From: Candidatus Babeliales bacterium | Lineage (GTDB): Bacteria > Babelota > Babeliae > Babelales > Vermiphilaceae | Reading direction: 5' to 3' | DNA: 64,000 nucleotides | Assembly: GCA_035288105.1 (NCBI GenBank) | Contig: DATEAY010000013.1 | Coordinates: 6,668-70,667 of the forward strand | Shown: piece by piece, positions 19,437-29,600 of the stretch | Position numbering within the stretch: position 1 is the stretch's first letter | How the letters are laid out: each line of letters starts with the position of its first letter | Position numbers and translations under genes: made by a program | Notes under the pieces: generated by a model | The model's database searches: none | What the model was told of the DNA's origin: nothing | The model's input: only the letters and a program-made list of their open reading frames with translations

Positions 19437-22220
19437 TCAAACGCGCCCCGCTCGCACAGTAATAAGCTTGTCAGAACTTAAAATATCTTTCACCGCTTTT
19501 TTCATATCTTCAAGCGTAATTCTTTCTAACACTTCCGCACGAGTGTCAAAATAATCAGCAGGAAGTTTAAAGCGATCAAGATACAAGAACGTACTCGCAA
19601 TATCACTGTTAGAAACAAAATTATCAACAAGTGTATTAGTTATTGCTCGTTTTGCTTCTTCCAAATCTTCTTGCGTTAATGTATCAACAACGGTATCAAT
19701 TGTATTTTTGATTGCCTTTTCAGCTTCAGCTAATCTATCCAAGGAAACAATGGTGCGCACCTGGAACATTCCTGGTTGTTCATCAGTTCCCGCAATTAAT
19801 GATCCACGAATGGTATAAAATAATCCGGTATGTTCACGCAATTCAAACAACCGAGAACTCATAGAACCTAAAGCTCCTCCGCCAAATATTTGATCGAACA
19901 ATAAATAAGCATCAAATTTAGGATGCTTACGCTCAATTGATAATTGTGCTAAACACAAAACAACTTGGTCACGATTAATTGTATAATTTACTTCTTTTGT
20001 TGGTACAGGAGTAAGCGCAGGACATTTTATTTCTTCAACTTCGCTTATCTTCCAATCTCCAAGTTCTTTTTCTAATACATCTTTTATATTATAACCTTCT
20101 AGCTCACCAACCACCGCTATATGAGCACCAAAAGGAGAAATGTATTTCTCATAAAAATCCACTAAATCATCACGAGAAATTGATGAAATAGATTCTTCTG
20201 TTCCAATACTTTGCTTGCTGTATGGATGATTTTTATAAATTTCTTCGCGCACCAAATGACTCACAAAAGAACGTGGCTCATCCCAGTACTGCTTAATATC
20301 GGTTAATAACTGATGTCGAATTTTTTCTATTTCATTCTCAGGAAATGTTGCTTTGGTAAGAATTTCTTTTAAAATACCCAGCCCAAAAACAAAATCACTG
20401 CTTAACATTTTCATAGCAATGCCACCAGGATACACGCCTATAGACATTCCACGCGATTCAATTGCATCAGCAAGCTCTTCGCTTGTGTAATTCTCAGTTC
20501 CTTCGGTCATCATATCTGCTACAAATGTGTATAATCCTTGTTTGTCTTGCGGATCATAGTGAGGACGTGCTTTGAATTCCAAAACAATATTAATTTTAGG
20601 AGTGATATCATTATCATGATAAAGCACTTTTAAGCCATTCGATAATGTACACAGTTGCGGTTTAGGAAAAGTAAAATGAGTCTGCTTTTGTACATCAACA
20701 GTTTTTGCATATACTGCCGGCTCTACCTCTGTTGAACGCACACGTACAGCAAGAATTTCCTCATCTTCAGTATCCGATTCTTCTTGCAACACTGCCCATT
20801 CACCTTTTTCACGCTCTGGCAATGGTAACACAAAACCTTTATGCGTAATAGCCGGTCGGAAATACGCAGCAACAATATCTTGCACTTGTTGTTTTAATAA
20901 TTCTGCAGGTTGTTCCAAGCATGTAAATACATAATTTTCATCGCCTGTTGCAAGATACGCATGTCCAATGGCATATGCCTGATCTTCAATGCCTTCAAGA
21001 AGACTATAAAACTCCATTTGCGTCTTTTTAAAGCCTCTTTCAAACTCTGCTGCTCCGACACCATTTTTAGCAATATCTTCCAATTCTGCCATAATAATAC
21101 GCTCAATTTCCGCAGCATCTTCTATTTTTTTTGGTTCAACCAAAATAAAGAAAACACCATGATCAAACAGCCCCCAAGATCCGGTTGCAACACTTGTGGC
21201 AAGCTGCGAATCATTCACCAATTTTTTATACAAACGTGAACTTTTACCTTTACCAAGAATCCACTCAAAAATATCAATGGCTGTATCTTTTTTATCCACT
21301 GCACCAGGAACAACAAATACGTATGCTAAGGTTGGTTGAGCTACATCGCGATATATTGTTAATGATTTTGATGCAATATCACGATGGAAAAAATTTTCTT
21401 TTTTAGCATAGTCTGGATCTTTTGGTATTGAACCAAAATACTCATTTGCCAAATCTACCACCTCATCGGTATCCACATCACCAACAACAACAAGTGTTGC
21501 ATTGTTTGGTTTATAATGTTTTTTATAAAATGCTAACAAATCTTTGCCTGCAACACTCCACAAATCCTGTTTATACCCAATAATAGGATAATGATATGGA
21601 TGATCAGCAAATATCATGCCAATCATCTCTTCCAACAAAGAACGCTCATACTGATCTTTGTATAATTTAAGTTCTTGGATAACTGCCTTCATCTCCGAAT
21701 TGAGCATATCATCGTTAAACAAGCAGTTAGTCATACAATCGGCGACGACAGGGAATGCTTCATGCCAATGATGCGTAGGAAAATTGAAGTAATATCCAGT
21801 GCAATCGTATGAAGTAAAAGCATTACAATTACCAGAAAGTTTATGTACAAGAACATTGATATCTGATTCAGACAATGTATCAGTACCTTTGAAAATCATA
21901 TGTTCAATAAGATGTGCTATGCCTTTTTCTCCCAGCAATTCATCCTTTGACCCAACATTATAAAAAATCTGAAAAGATACTTTTGGTATTTCATGCGATT
22001 CACGAATTAAAATGGTCAAACCATTATCTAACACTACTTTTTTAACATGTTGATGAACAGACTTTACTTCTTGTTGCATCATATTTTTCTCATCTGACAT
22101 GAAATCCTCAAGTTCTATTGGTGTATTATTTTTTCCGACTAGATGCACATGCGCAACACATGCACTCATAAGAAGTATAGAATAACTAAGATACATTAAT
22201 TTTACAAAACAAGATTGCAT
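19437..22220 (-). CDS. double-length M16 (pitrilysin-family) zinc peptidase, secreted
   Basis: HLIEHMIFKGT (HxxEH). Collinear similarity to 16648..19347 over the full length, for example the C-terminus FLYLDRFKLPADYFDTRAEVLERITLEDMKKAVKDILSSDKLITVRAGRV. Confidence 0.85.
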   Translation of the reverse strand: MQSCFVKLMYLSYSILLMSACVAHVHLVGKNNTPIELEDFMSDEKNMMQQEVKSVHQHVKKVVLDNGLTILIRESHEIPKVSFQIFYNVGSKDELLGEKGIAHLIEHMIFKGTDTLSESDINVLVHKLSGNCNAFTSYDCTGYYFNFPTHHWHEAFPVVADCMTNCLFNDDMLNSEMKAVIQELKLYKDQYERSLLEEMIGMIFADHPYHYPIIGYKQDLWSVAGKDLLAFYKKHYKPNNATLVVVGDVDTDEVVDLANEYFGSIPKDPDYAKKENFFHRDIASKSLTIYRDVAQPTLAYVFVVPGAVDKKDTAIDIFEWILGKGKSSRLYKKLVNDSQLATSVATGSWGLFDHGVFFILVEPKKIEDAAEIERIIMAELEDIAKNGVGAAEFERGFKKTQMEFYSLLEGIEDQAYAIGHAYLATGDENYVFTCLEQPAELLKQQVQDIVAAYFRPAITHKGFVLPLPEREKGEWAVLQEESDTEDEEILAVRVRSTEVEPAVYAKTVDVQKQTHFTFPKPQLCTLSNGLKVLYHDNDITPKINIVLEFKARPHYDPQDKQGLYTFVADMMTEGTENYTSEELADAIESRGMSIGVYPGGIAMKMLSSDFVFGLGILKEILTKATFPENEIEKIRHQLLTDIKQYWDEPRSFVSHLVREEIYKNHPYSKQSIGTEESISSISRDDLVDFYEKYISPFGAHIAVVGELEGYNIKDVLEKELGDWKISEVEEIKCPALTPVPTKEVNYTINRDQVVLCLAQLSIERKHPKFDAYLLFDQIFGGGALGSMSSRLFELREHTGLFYTIRGSLIAGTDEQPGMFQVRTIVSLDRLAEAEKAIKNTIDTVVDTLTQEDLEEAKRAITNTLVDNFVSNSDIASTFLYLDRFKLPADYFDTRAEVLERITLEDMKKAVKDILSSDKLITVRAGRV

Positions 22221-22422
22221 ACATAATCCTCACAATAAAAATTTCATACTACCTTTTTTGAAAACAGCATAACGAGAAATGGAACTAATGCAAAGTTCAC
22301 AAAAAACTTCTACTATGTATATAATAAAATATTTTTTCATAAAAACTTATATATGTGTTATTGTATCAAAAAACACTATTTATATTAATACTACACTATA
22401 ACAGAAATAAAAACTGATCCCT

Positions 22423-23556
22423 ATGCATTTTTTTACGAGCAACTTTCACTGCATCAACATACCTCCACTTTTTGCCATTACACTTTTTTTTATTGTCGGC
22501 ATTATCTGGCATTCTGCCGTATCATTATTTTTTATACTTTTTTTAACAACACTGTGTTGCACTTTATTTGCCTACAAAAAACAGTTTGCATTTCCAACGC
22601 AATTCATTATGTGCTCATTTTTTGTATTAGCTGGCGCTTGGTTACATCAAAAAGAATTACGTGATTATGATGGATTTTATGCATTTATTGATAACAAAAA
22701 ATTTTCTGTAACAGGAACAGTGATAGATAAAAATGAAGCAACAGTAAACCATCAAAAAACAACGGTTATTACTCTTGCAATTGACACAATAGCAACAGAG
22801 CACTCCACAAAAAAATGCAACAAAGTGGTGATGTTTTATGGAAAAAGCAACAACGCCTTCGTTGTTGGTGATACGGTAACTTTTTTTGATATGCATTGTA
22901 AAATGCCATCTAGTCGAGATTTTCAGCTCTACCAAATCAAAGAGCAAATTGTTGCAACAATATTCAGCAATGATGTGCATTATCGTATTGATTATCATTC
23001 ACCATGGTCATTGCGTTACTGGATATGGAATGAGAAAACAAAACTATTAAACAGATTAGAAAATAAACTTTCTCAACGTGGATTTCAGTTTTTTTCTTCT
23101 TTATTTTTGGGAAACAGGTCGTATGTAAAATCATCCCTAGAAGAAACAAATGAACAATTCAAAGCATGGGGTATCTATCACTTTCTTGCACGATCAGGAA
23201 TGCACTTAGCTCTTTTTATTTTTATCTGGCAAGCCATTTTCTGTCTTCTTCCTCTTCCCATGATTATAAAACAAATCATACTATCGCTCTTCAGCTGTAT
23301 TTACTTTGCTTTAACGTGGACATCCACCCCATTCACTCGATCATTTGCACTTTTTTTGCTCAATAAAATATGCTTATTTAGTAAAACTCCTTTTCACACA
23401 CTACACTACTTAACGCTTGTCTGTTTTGGATTTCTACTTTATTGTCCACTTTATTTGTTTTTTCTCGACTTTCAACTTAGCTTTGCCCTAACATTTGCAC
23501 TCGCATGGTTTAACCAAGTAGCAATTCAACACAGATCTCAATTATCAAAATATTGA
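22423..23556 (+). CDS. short ComEC/Rec2-like integral membrane protein
   Basis: N-terminal TM pair plus OB-like region, then WGIYHFLARSGMHLALF, which resembles the ComEC competence-domain motif (HLLAISGLH). Only 377 aa; no metallo-beta-lactamase domain. Confidence 0.6.
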   Translation: MHFFTSNFHCINIPPLFAITLFFIVGIIWHSAVSLFFILFLTTLCCTLFAYKKQFAFPTQFIMCSFFVLAGAWLHQKELRDYDGFYAFIDNKKFSVTGTVIDKNEATVNHQKTTVITLAIDTIATEHSTKKCNKVVMFYGKSNNAFVVGDTVTFFDMHCKMPSSRDFQLYQIKEQIVATIFSNDVHYRIDYHSPWSLRYWIWNEKTKLLNRLENKLSQRGFQFFSSLFLGNRSYVKSSLEETNEQFKAWGIYHFLARSGMHLALFIFIWQAIFCLLPLPMIIKQIILSLFSCIYFALTWTSTPFTRSFALFLLNKICLFSKTPFHTLHYLTLVCFGFLLYCPLYLFFLDFQLSFALTFALAWFNQVAIQHRSQLSKY

Positions 23557-23625
23557 TTATTTTGATCGCTATTACCTACGATAAAAACATTAACGCGCTA
23601 CCAATAAAAAAAGGGGAGACAAATA

Positions 23626-25131
23626 ATGTTGCCAAAACGTATTACAACATTCATGAGGCTGATGAGCAAATTTATCCTTATAACTTTATGCTTAACAGTT
23701 GGAACAATTCACACAGAAATAAATCATGAAATGTATTCCATAGATAATGATGCTATTTGCCAAACATGCCTCTGTGATTTTTGTGATGAAATTCGCCAAA
23801 CAAGTTCGATCAAAACATATAAAAATCGAATTCATAAAAAAAATATTTCTCGCAAAAAAAAAATAAAAACAAGTAAAACAAACAAACGAGTAGTAATGGT
23901 ATACATGGCAGCAGATAATGATTTGCGACCATTTGCAGCCCGTAATATTCAACAAATGGCAAACATTGGATCTAATAGCAATCTCACCATTGTCGTTCAT
24001 TTAGATATTCGCATATCAGGAAACAAAAAAATTACTCGTCGATATCTCATCGAAAGAGACCAAGTATTACATATTGATCCCTATAATCCCCTTATACAAC
24101 AAATGGATAGCGGAAACCCTGCAACACTTATTTCTTTCTGTGAATGGGCCATTAAAAATTATGCCGCTGATGAATACGATCTTATTTTATGGAATCATGG
24201 CACCGGAATTCTTGAACCACCTCATGGAAAAATTATCAATCCAATGGACTTGTTCGTATTCAATCCATCCACCCACCGGCTCGAACTTGACAGATCAATT
24301 GGATTTATGGATGCCATTGATCACTTAGAACCAAAACAACGAGGTGTCTGTTGGGATGATACAACGGGAAATTACTTATCGAACAGAAAGCTTGAAGCTG
24401 CCCTTGAAACAATATGTCAAAAATATCTTAATGGTAAAAAATTTGGCATTATTGGATTTGATGCATGCCTCATGTCAATGATAGAAGTGATGACCTTTAT
24501 ACAAAAATACGCCCAAGTAATGGTCAGCTCAGAAGAGGTTGAGCTTGGAATGGGATGGAAATATGACGAAGTATTATTCCCATTTACAAAAGAAGCGTTA
24601 AGTACCTTCGCCTTTGCAAGTCATATTGTTAATGCTTACAACAGAACATATCAATCAATAACTAATGATTACACGCTATCCGCAATCAATCTTAATTCCA
24701 TTGAGCTACTAGAAAGAAATATTGATCACATTGCAAGGTTACTTATCGAATGCCTTGATCAACAAAGAACCACTATCCATCAAACAATAAAAGATAGTAA
24801 AAGCAAAATACTCTGTACCCATTTTGACGAACCAACATACATAGATCTGCATCATTTCTACAAAAATTTGTCAAATAACCTAAAAAAACTCTCCACAGAA
24901 AACAGCCACATAGGTTCTGTTGTAAAAAATACTCTTTTAACAAAACTTGACGAAGGTATGCATCTCATTGAACAACTCGTTATAGCTAATACTGCCGGTA
25001 AAAACTTAAAAAATGCGCGCGGCATTGCTATATATTTCCCTGAACGCGGCATTCACAGCTCGTACCAAGAAGCTATATTCCTTAAATCTAATTCCTGGGG
25101 AACTTTACTTTCTCGTTATATTTTTGGTTGA
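23626..25131 (+). CDS. clostripain-like cysteine peptidase (C11 family), secreted
   Basis: VMVYMAADNDL, LWNHGTG (catalytic His region), GFDACLM (catalytic Cys region). Signal/anchor peptide present. Confidence 0.7.
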   Translation: MLPKRITTFMRLMSKFILITLCLTVGTIHTEINHEMYSIDNDAICQTCLCDFCDEIRQTSSIKTYKNRIHKKNISRKKKIKTSKTNKRVVMVYMAADNDLRPFAARNIQQMANIGSNSNLTIVVHLDIRISGNKKITRRYLIERDQVLHIDPYNPLIQQMDSGNPATLISFCEWAIKNYAADEYDLILWNHGTGILEPPHGKIINPMDLFVFNPSTHRLELDRSIGFMDAIDHLEPKQRGVCWDDTTGNYLSNRKLEAALETICQKYLNGKKFGIIGFDACLMSMIEVMTFIQKYAQVMVSSEEVELGMGWKYDEVLFPFTKEALSTFAFASHIVNAYNRTYQSITNDYTLSAINLNSIELLERNIDHIARLLIECLDQQRTTIHQTIKDSKSKILCTHFDEPTYIDLHHFYKNLSNNLKKLSTENSHIGSVVKNTLLTKLDEGMHLIEQLVIANTAGKNLKNARGIAIYFPERGIHSSYQEAIFLKSNSWGTLLSRYIFG

Positions 25132-25134
25132 TAC

Positions 25135-25195
25135 ATGACAATAGCGCGTTGTTTATATACACTTTTTATGTATACAACGCGCTATTGTCATTTTA
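25135..25195 (+). terminator. strong rho-independent terminator
   Basis: 18-bp perfect stem ATGACAATAGCGCGTTGT (25135-25152) / ACAACGCGCTATTGTCAT (25174-25191) followed by TTTT, directly after the C11 peptidase stop. Confidence 0.75.
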
Positions 25196-25209
25196 AAACG
25201 AGAAAAAAA

Positions 25210-25788
25210 ATGAACCAAAAGGAATCAAAATCTCTCTTGCTGCAAAAACTGTATGCCCCTTATAAAGAATGCGCATCATGCCCCTTAGAGCTGCAAACAA
25301 AACACAATTTTGTATGCGGCTATGGCAATCCTGAGGCACAATTAATGCTTATTGGAGAAGCTCCCGGCCAACATGAGGACGAACAGGGCGTACCATTCGT
25401 TGGAAAATCTGGCATGTTGCTCACTAAAGCATTAGCATGCCTTGGTATAGATAGAAAAGATATATTTATTACCAATAGTGTAAAGTGTCGCCCACCTCAA
25501 AACCGCAAACCAACCCCACAGGAAAGCAAAACGTATAAAAATTTATTTTTACTCAAAGAAATTGAAATTATCCGGCCAAAAGTCATCTGCACGCTTGGAG
25601 CAACAGCTCTTGAAAGTCTTCTTGAATCTCCTACAAAAATGAATGCTATACACGGCAAAGAGCTGTCTTTTAATGGCACTATTCTCATTCCAACGTTTCA
25701 TCCTGCATATATTTTACGAGATCCAAACAAATTTGATGCCTGGTTTGCCGATTTGCAAAAAGCATGGGCGCTCAGCCAGTCTAAATAA
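25210..25788 (+). CDS. family 4 uracil-DNA glycosylase
   Basis: GEAPGQHEDEQGVPFVGKSG and HPAYILR motifs. The start is moved to the ATG at 25210 because the track start lies inside the terminator hairpin. Confidence 0.85.
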   Translation: MNQKESKSLLLQKLYAPYKECASCPLELQTKHNFVCGYGNPEAQLMLIGEAPGQHEDEQGVPFVGKSGMLLTKALACLGIDRKDIFITNSVKCRPPQNRKPTPQESKTYKNLFLLKEIEIIRPKVICTLGATALESLLESPTKMNAIHGKELSFNGTILIPTFHPAYILRDPNKFDAWFADLQKAWALSQSK

Positions 25789-25849
25789 ATTTGTGACTGT
25801 GTATTATATTTTTACAAAAAAACAAAATTCAAGACAAACACTATTAAAC

Positions 25850-26104
25850 GGGTGGTGCATAAGTGGTTGATAAGTGGTGCATAAGTGGTTGATAACTTGT
25901 TCATAACTTTTTTTTGGCCATTTTTTTGTGTTTTTAAACATACGATCTGATAAGCATATTCGCTGGGAGTTGCTCGATCTGAACGTTCCACTCACTGTTT
26001 TCAGAGTTATCAACCACTTATGCACCACTTATGCACCACCCACTTAAAAAAAATTATATCGATATGATCGCTGTATTGAGGAAAAAAACACCGAGTTATG
26101 CACC
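25850..26104. promoter_or_regulatory. inverted cluster of five DnaA-box-like 9-mers (candidate oriC or iteron/operator array)
   Basis: GGTGCATAA at 25854-25862 and 25876-25884. TTATGCACC at 26018-26026, 26029-26037 and 26096-26104 (8/9 match to TTATNCACA). Arms 25850-25897 and 26005-26045 are inverted copies. Confidence 0.35.
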
Positions 26105-26371
26105 ACCTACCCCTTCGCCTATTATCTTAAGAGATATAAATATCTTTTATTAAAGAGTCTTATAATAGGCTCCGGCGGTGGTTTAAAAAAACGACAGGCC
26201 TTTGGCGATTGTTTCTATAAAAAAGGGTCTGTTTGTTTTTACTATTGCCAGAAAAAAATAATTGTAATAAGCTTTGATTATGAGACTTGACATTGCGCCT
26301 ACAGCACTCAATTTTTTGCTGTCGTAAAAATCTAGTCAAAAAACGATCACATTTATCGTTGTAAAAGCATT

Positions 26372-27469
26372 ATGTACCACCATTTGAGGAATCTTGTGAA
26401 ACTTGCGGATGTAATAGACGAATTAGTTGAAGAACGTGGACTGGAAAAAGAATCTTTGGGAGCAGTTGTTTGCGAAGGTATGCTTGCTGCTTACCAACGT
26501 AAGTATCCAGACCTTGCTTTGAAAGTAGAAGAAGACTCTGTCACAGGAGACCTTGTTGTGCTTGCTCAAAAGATTGTGGTGGCAACTGTTGATGATGAAT
26601 ACAGCGAAATTTCTCTCAAAAAAGCGCGCAACATTAACAAAGATATCGCTTTAGGTGATCAAGTCTGGCTTCCTTTTGAAGGAAAAATTGGGCGAGTTGA
26701 AGTACTCAGAGCCCGCCAAGTCATTGCGAGTAGAATTAAGCAAATTGAAGCTCGTGTTGTTTATGACCTGTTCAAAAATAAACAAGGCCACATTATCGTT
26801 GGTTCTGTGCACAAGGCTGAGCGCAATGGTATATCCGTTAAGTTTGGTGATGTTTATGCATTTTTACCGTATTCTCTCTCTATTCCCGGTGAAAAATTTG
26901 CAGTTGGCTACACTGTCAGAGCGTTGTTGAAAGAGGTACTTATCGAACCTCAAGGCGATAATCAGCTTATTTTAGATCGTGTTTCGCCAGAATTCTTAGA
27001 GGCGTTGTTTGAGTTAGAAATTCCAGAAGTGTTTGAAAAATTGGTTGAAATCAAGAAAATCGTTCGCTCTCCTGGATATAAATCAAAAGTTGCTGTTTTC
27101 TCGCATGACAGAAATATTGATCCGGTCGGAACATGCGTTGGAGTTGGTGGAAGTCGTATCAAACCAATATTAAAAGAGCTCAGTGGTGAGACAATCGATG
27201 TTTTTCTCTGGAGTGATTCGCTGCCTTTCTTTGTGACAAATTCCTTAAAGCCCGCTGTTATTGATCGAGTAGAGTTAAGTTCAGATAATACAGTTGCTCG
27301 GGTATGGCTTAATGAAGATCAACGATCATTTGCCATTGGAAAAGGTGGACAAAATATATCATTAGCCTCTCAAATTACCGGTGTAAGTATTCAACTTGTT
27401 CGTGAAGAAACTTCGCAAAAAGGTAAAGAAGATGCTAGTGATGAAGTGTTAATCGACGATCAAGATTAG
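26372..27469 (+). CDS. nusA: transcription termination/antitermination factor NusA
   Basis: S1 plus two KH domain pattern (GTCVGVGGSRIKPI, FAIGKGGQNISLASQITG); conserved nusA-infB order. Confidence 0.95.
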   Translation: MYHHLRNLVKLADVIDELVEERGLEKESLGAVVCEGMLAAYQRKYPDLALKVEEDSVTGDLVVLAQKIVVATVDDEYSEISLKKARNINKDIALGDQVWLPFEGKIGRVEVLRARQVIASRIKQIEARVVYDLFKNKQGHIIVGSVHKAERNGISVKFGDVYAFLPYSLSIPGEKFAVGYTVRALLKEVLIEPQGDNQLILDRVSPEFLEALFELEIPEVFEKLVEIKKIVRSPGYKSKVAVFSHDRNIDPVGTCVGVGGSRIKPILKELSGETIDVFLWSDSLPFFVTNSLKPAVIDRVELSSDNTVARVWLNEDQRSFAIGKGGQNISLASQITGVSIQLVREETSQKGKEDASDEVLIDDQD

Positions 27470-27493
27470 AAAAAAGATGTTTAGTTTTGTATT

Positions 27494-29515
27494 ATGCGAA
27501 TATATGAATTTGCCCAATTGAATAATGTTTCGAGCAAAGATATTATAGAAAAATTGCAAACAAATGGCTTTGATGTTAAAAGTCATATGTCTATTTTGGA
27601 CGAAAAAGCCCTCTCATTTCTCAATAAGTTATTTACAGAGATTAATGCAAGCACCAAAAAAGAAGCTGAATCGTTAAAAGAATCAAAACCTGTTACTCCG
27701 ATTGAAAATAAAGTGCCTGAATTATCACAAAGAACGACTAAGGTGACGCCAAGATCATCTGAAAATAACAAACAGCAATCAGTTCTTGCAAAGAAAGACC
27801 AGTCAGCTGCTGTCTCTCCTGTTGAGTTAGTAGTCTATCAAATGAATGTTGCAGAACTTGCTGAAAAAATTAAAAAACCTGTCACAGATGTTATAGTTAC
27901 TCTTTTAAAATGGGGTATTATAGCAACAAAAAATCAAATTATATCAGAAGATGTGGTTCATCGAGTTGCGAACCATTACGAAATTCCTGTTGTAAAGGTT
28001 TCTGCTAAGCAAGAGTCTGCTGAAGTAACTAAAAAACTTGCAAGTGGAGCTGCTTTAGAAAAAAGACCACCTGTTGTTGTAGTCGTTGGTCATGTTGATC
28101 ACGGTAAGACAACCTTGCTTGATTACATCAGAAAAACGCGTGTTGCGTTTAAAGAAAAAGGTGGAATAACTCAGCATTTAGGTGCGTACGAAGCAACAAC
28201 TTCCCACGGAAGTATTGTCTTTCTTGATACACCAGGTCACGAAGCGTTTGTTAAAATTAGACAACGCGGTATAAAAGTTGCAGACATTGTTATTCTTATT
28301 GTTGCAGCGGATGATGGTGTAATGCCTCAAACTATTGAAGCAATAAAATATGCTCTTTCCACGAAAGTACCAATAGTTGTTGCGATAAATAAAGTTGATA
28401 AGGTTGATTCAGCCCGCTTAGAGGTAATAAAACGACAGCTTAATCAGTATGGCATCACTGTGGAAGATTGGGGCGGCGATGTTATATGTGTTCCGATTTC
28501 GGCAAAAGTTGGAACTGGTGTTGATCGCTTACTCGAAATGGTTGCATTGCAAGCAGAAGTAATGGAATTGCGTGCGGAAATTAACGTTCCTGCAGATGGC
28601 TATGTTTTGGAATCAAGTTCAGAAAAAGGACGTGGTTGGGTTGTAACTCTTATTACTCAAAATGGAATATTAAAAGTTGGTGACTATGTGTTATGCGGTA
28701 ACACTTTTGGTCATATTAGTTCTTTGTTTGATTCTTATGGTAAGCGCATTAAAGCAATTCATCCTGCATTGCCTGCGCAAGCAGCGGGTTTTGATGGACG
28801 ACCAGAAGCAGGAGATTTTTTTAGAGTTGTGTCCAAAGATCAGTATTTGAAAGCGAAATCAGCTGGAGAAGGAAAAATTTCTCTTGCAGGTAAGCGCTTT
28901 ATGTACGAAAATGGCATTAATATTCTCGTGAAGGCAGATAATCATTCATCTCTTGAAGCTATTGTAGAAGGCATCGATCGCCTTTCTAAAAAACAAAAAA
29001 AAGGCTTCAATATTTTGCGTCAAGATGTTGGTGATGTGAACGAAGGTGATATTGAGTTTGCATTCAATACCGGCGCACGAATTGTTTGTTTTAACGTAAA
29101 AACAGAAACAAATGCACATGTTCTTGCAGATCGTAGAAAAGTGTCGATATTGTACTATGGTATTATTTACAAACTGCTTGAAGATTTGGACAACATTGCT
29201 GAATTAGCAAAAGATATAGAAATGGTTCGCACTAAAATTGGTGAAGCCGTTGTCTTGCGTGTATTCGACATAAAAAAAGTTGGTGTTATCGCCGGTGTTA
29301 TTATGCGTGATGGTCGCTTTACTCGTGATGGGTATGCGGTTATTTGGCGTGGTAAAACAAAAATTGGTGAAGGAAAAATTACAAGTCTACAGCGTGATAA
29401 AAAGTCAGTAAAAGAAGTATTTGCTGGTTTTGAGTGTGGCTTTATGGTAGACGGTTTTTCTGATTGGGCTCAAGATGATCGTGTTGAGTGTTTTATTGAT
29501 GTTCCAAAAAAATAA
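27494..29515 (+). CDS. infB: translation initiation factor IF-2
   Basis: GHVDHGKTTLLD, DTPGHEAF, NKVD GTPase motifs. Confidence 0.95.
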   Translation: MRIYEFAQLNNVSSKDIIEKLQTNGFDVKSHMSILDEKALSFLNKLFTEINASTKKEAESLKESKPVTPIENKVPELSQRTTKVTPRSSENNKQQSVLAKKDQSAAVSPVELVVYQMNVAELAEKIKKPVTDVIVTLLKWGIIATKNQIISEDVVHRVANHYEIPVVKVSAKQESAEVTKKLASGAALEKRPPVVVVVGHVDHGKTTLLDYIRKTRVAFKEKGGITQHLGAYEATTSHGSIVFLDTPGHEAFVKIRQRGIKVADIVILIVAADDGVMPQTIEAIKYALSTKVPIVVAINKVDKVDSARLEVIKRQLNQYGITVEDWGGDVICVPISAKVGTGVDRLLEMVALQAEVMELRAEINVPADGYVLESSSEKGRGWVVTLITQNGILKVGDYVLCGNTFGHISSLFDSYGKRIKAIHPALPAQAAGFDGRPEAGDFFRVVSKDQYLKAKSAGEGKISLAGKRFMYENGINILVKADNHSSLEAIVEGIDRLSKKQKKGFNILRQDVGDVNEGDIEFAFNTGARIVCFNVKTETNAHVLADRRKVSILYYGIIYKLLEDLDNIAELAKDIEMVRTKIGEAVVLRVFDIKKVGVIAGVIMRDGRFTRDGYAVIWRGKTKIGEGKITSLQRDKKSVKEVFAGFECGFMVDGFSDWAQDDRVECFIDVPKK

Positions 29516-29552
29516 TTTTTTTTGACTTTTTGTATTGATGAAAAATAATTTT

Positions 29553-29580
29553 GGCGCCGCTTTATTGCGGCGTCATTTTT
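29553..29580 (+). terminator. rho-independent terminator after infB
   Basis: GGCGCCGC-TTTATT-GCGGCGTC followed by ATTTTT. Confidence 0.7.
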
Positions 29581-29600
29581 AATAATTACAATAAAACTTA

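Noticed and set aside
25804-26028. ORF 25804..26028 (-, 74 aa) in the udg/nusA intergenic region
   Set aside because: It is built from the DnaA-box-like repeat arms (the repeated HKWLI/HHP peptides derive from the repeated DNA). It has no RBS, so the repeat array explains it better.
26281-26320. TTGACA at about 26287 as a sigma-70 promoter for nusA
   Set aside because: No convincing TATAAT-like -10 hexamer follows at 16-18 nt spacing (the sequence there is AATTTT). It is too weak to report as a feature.
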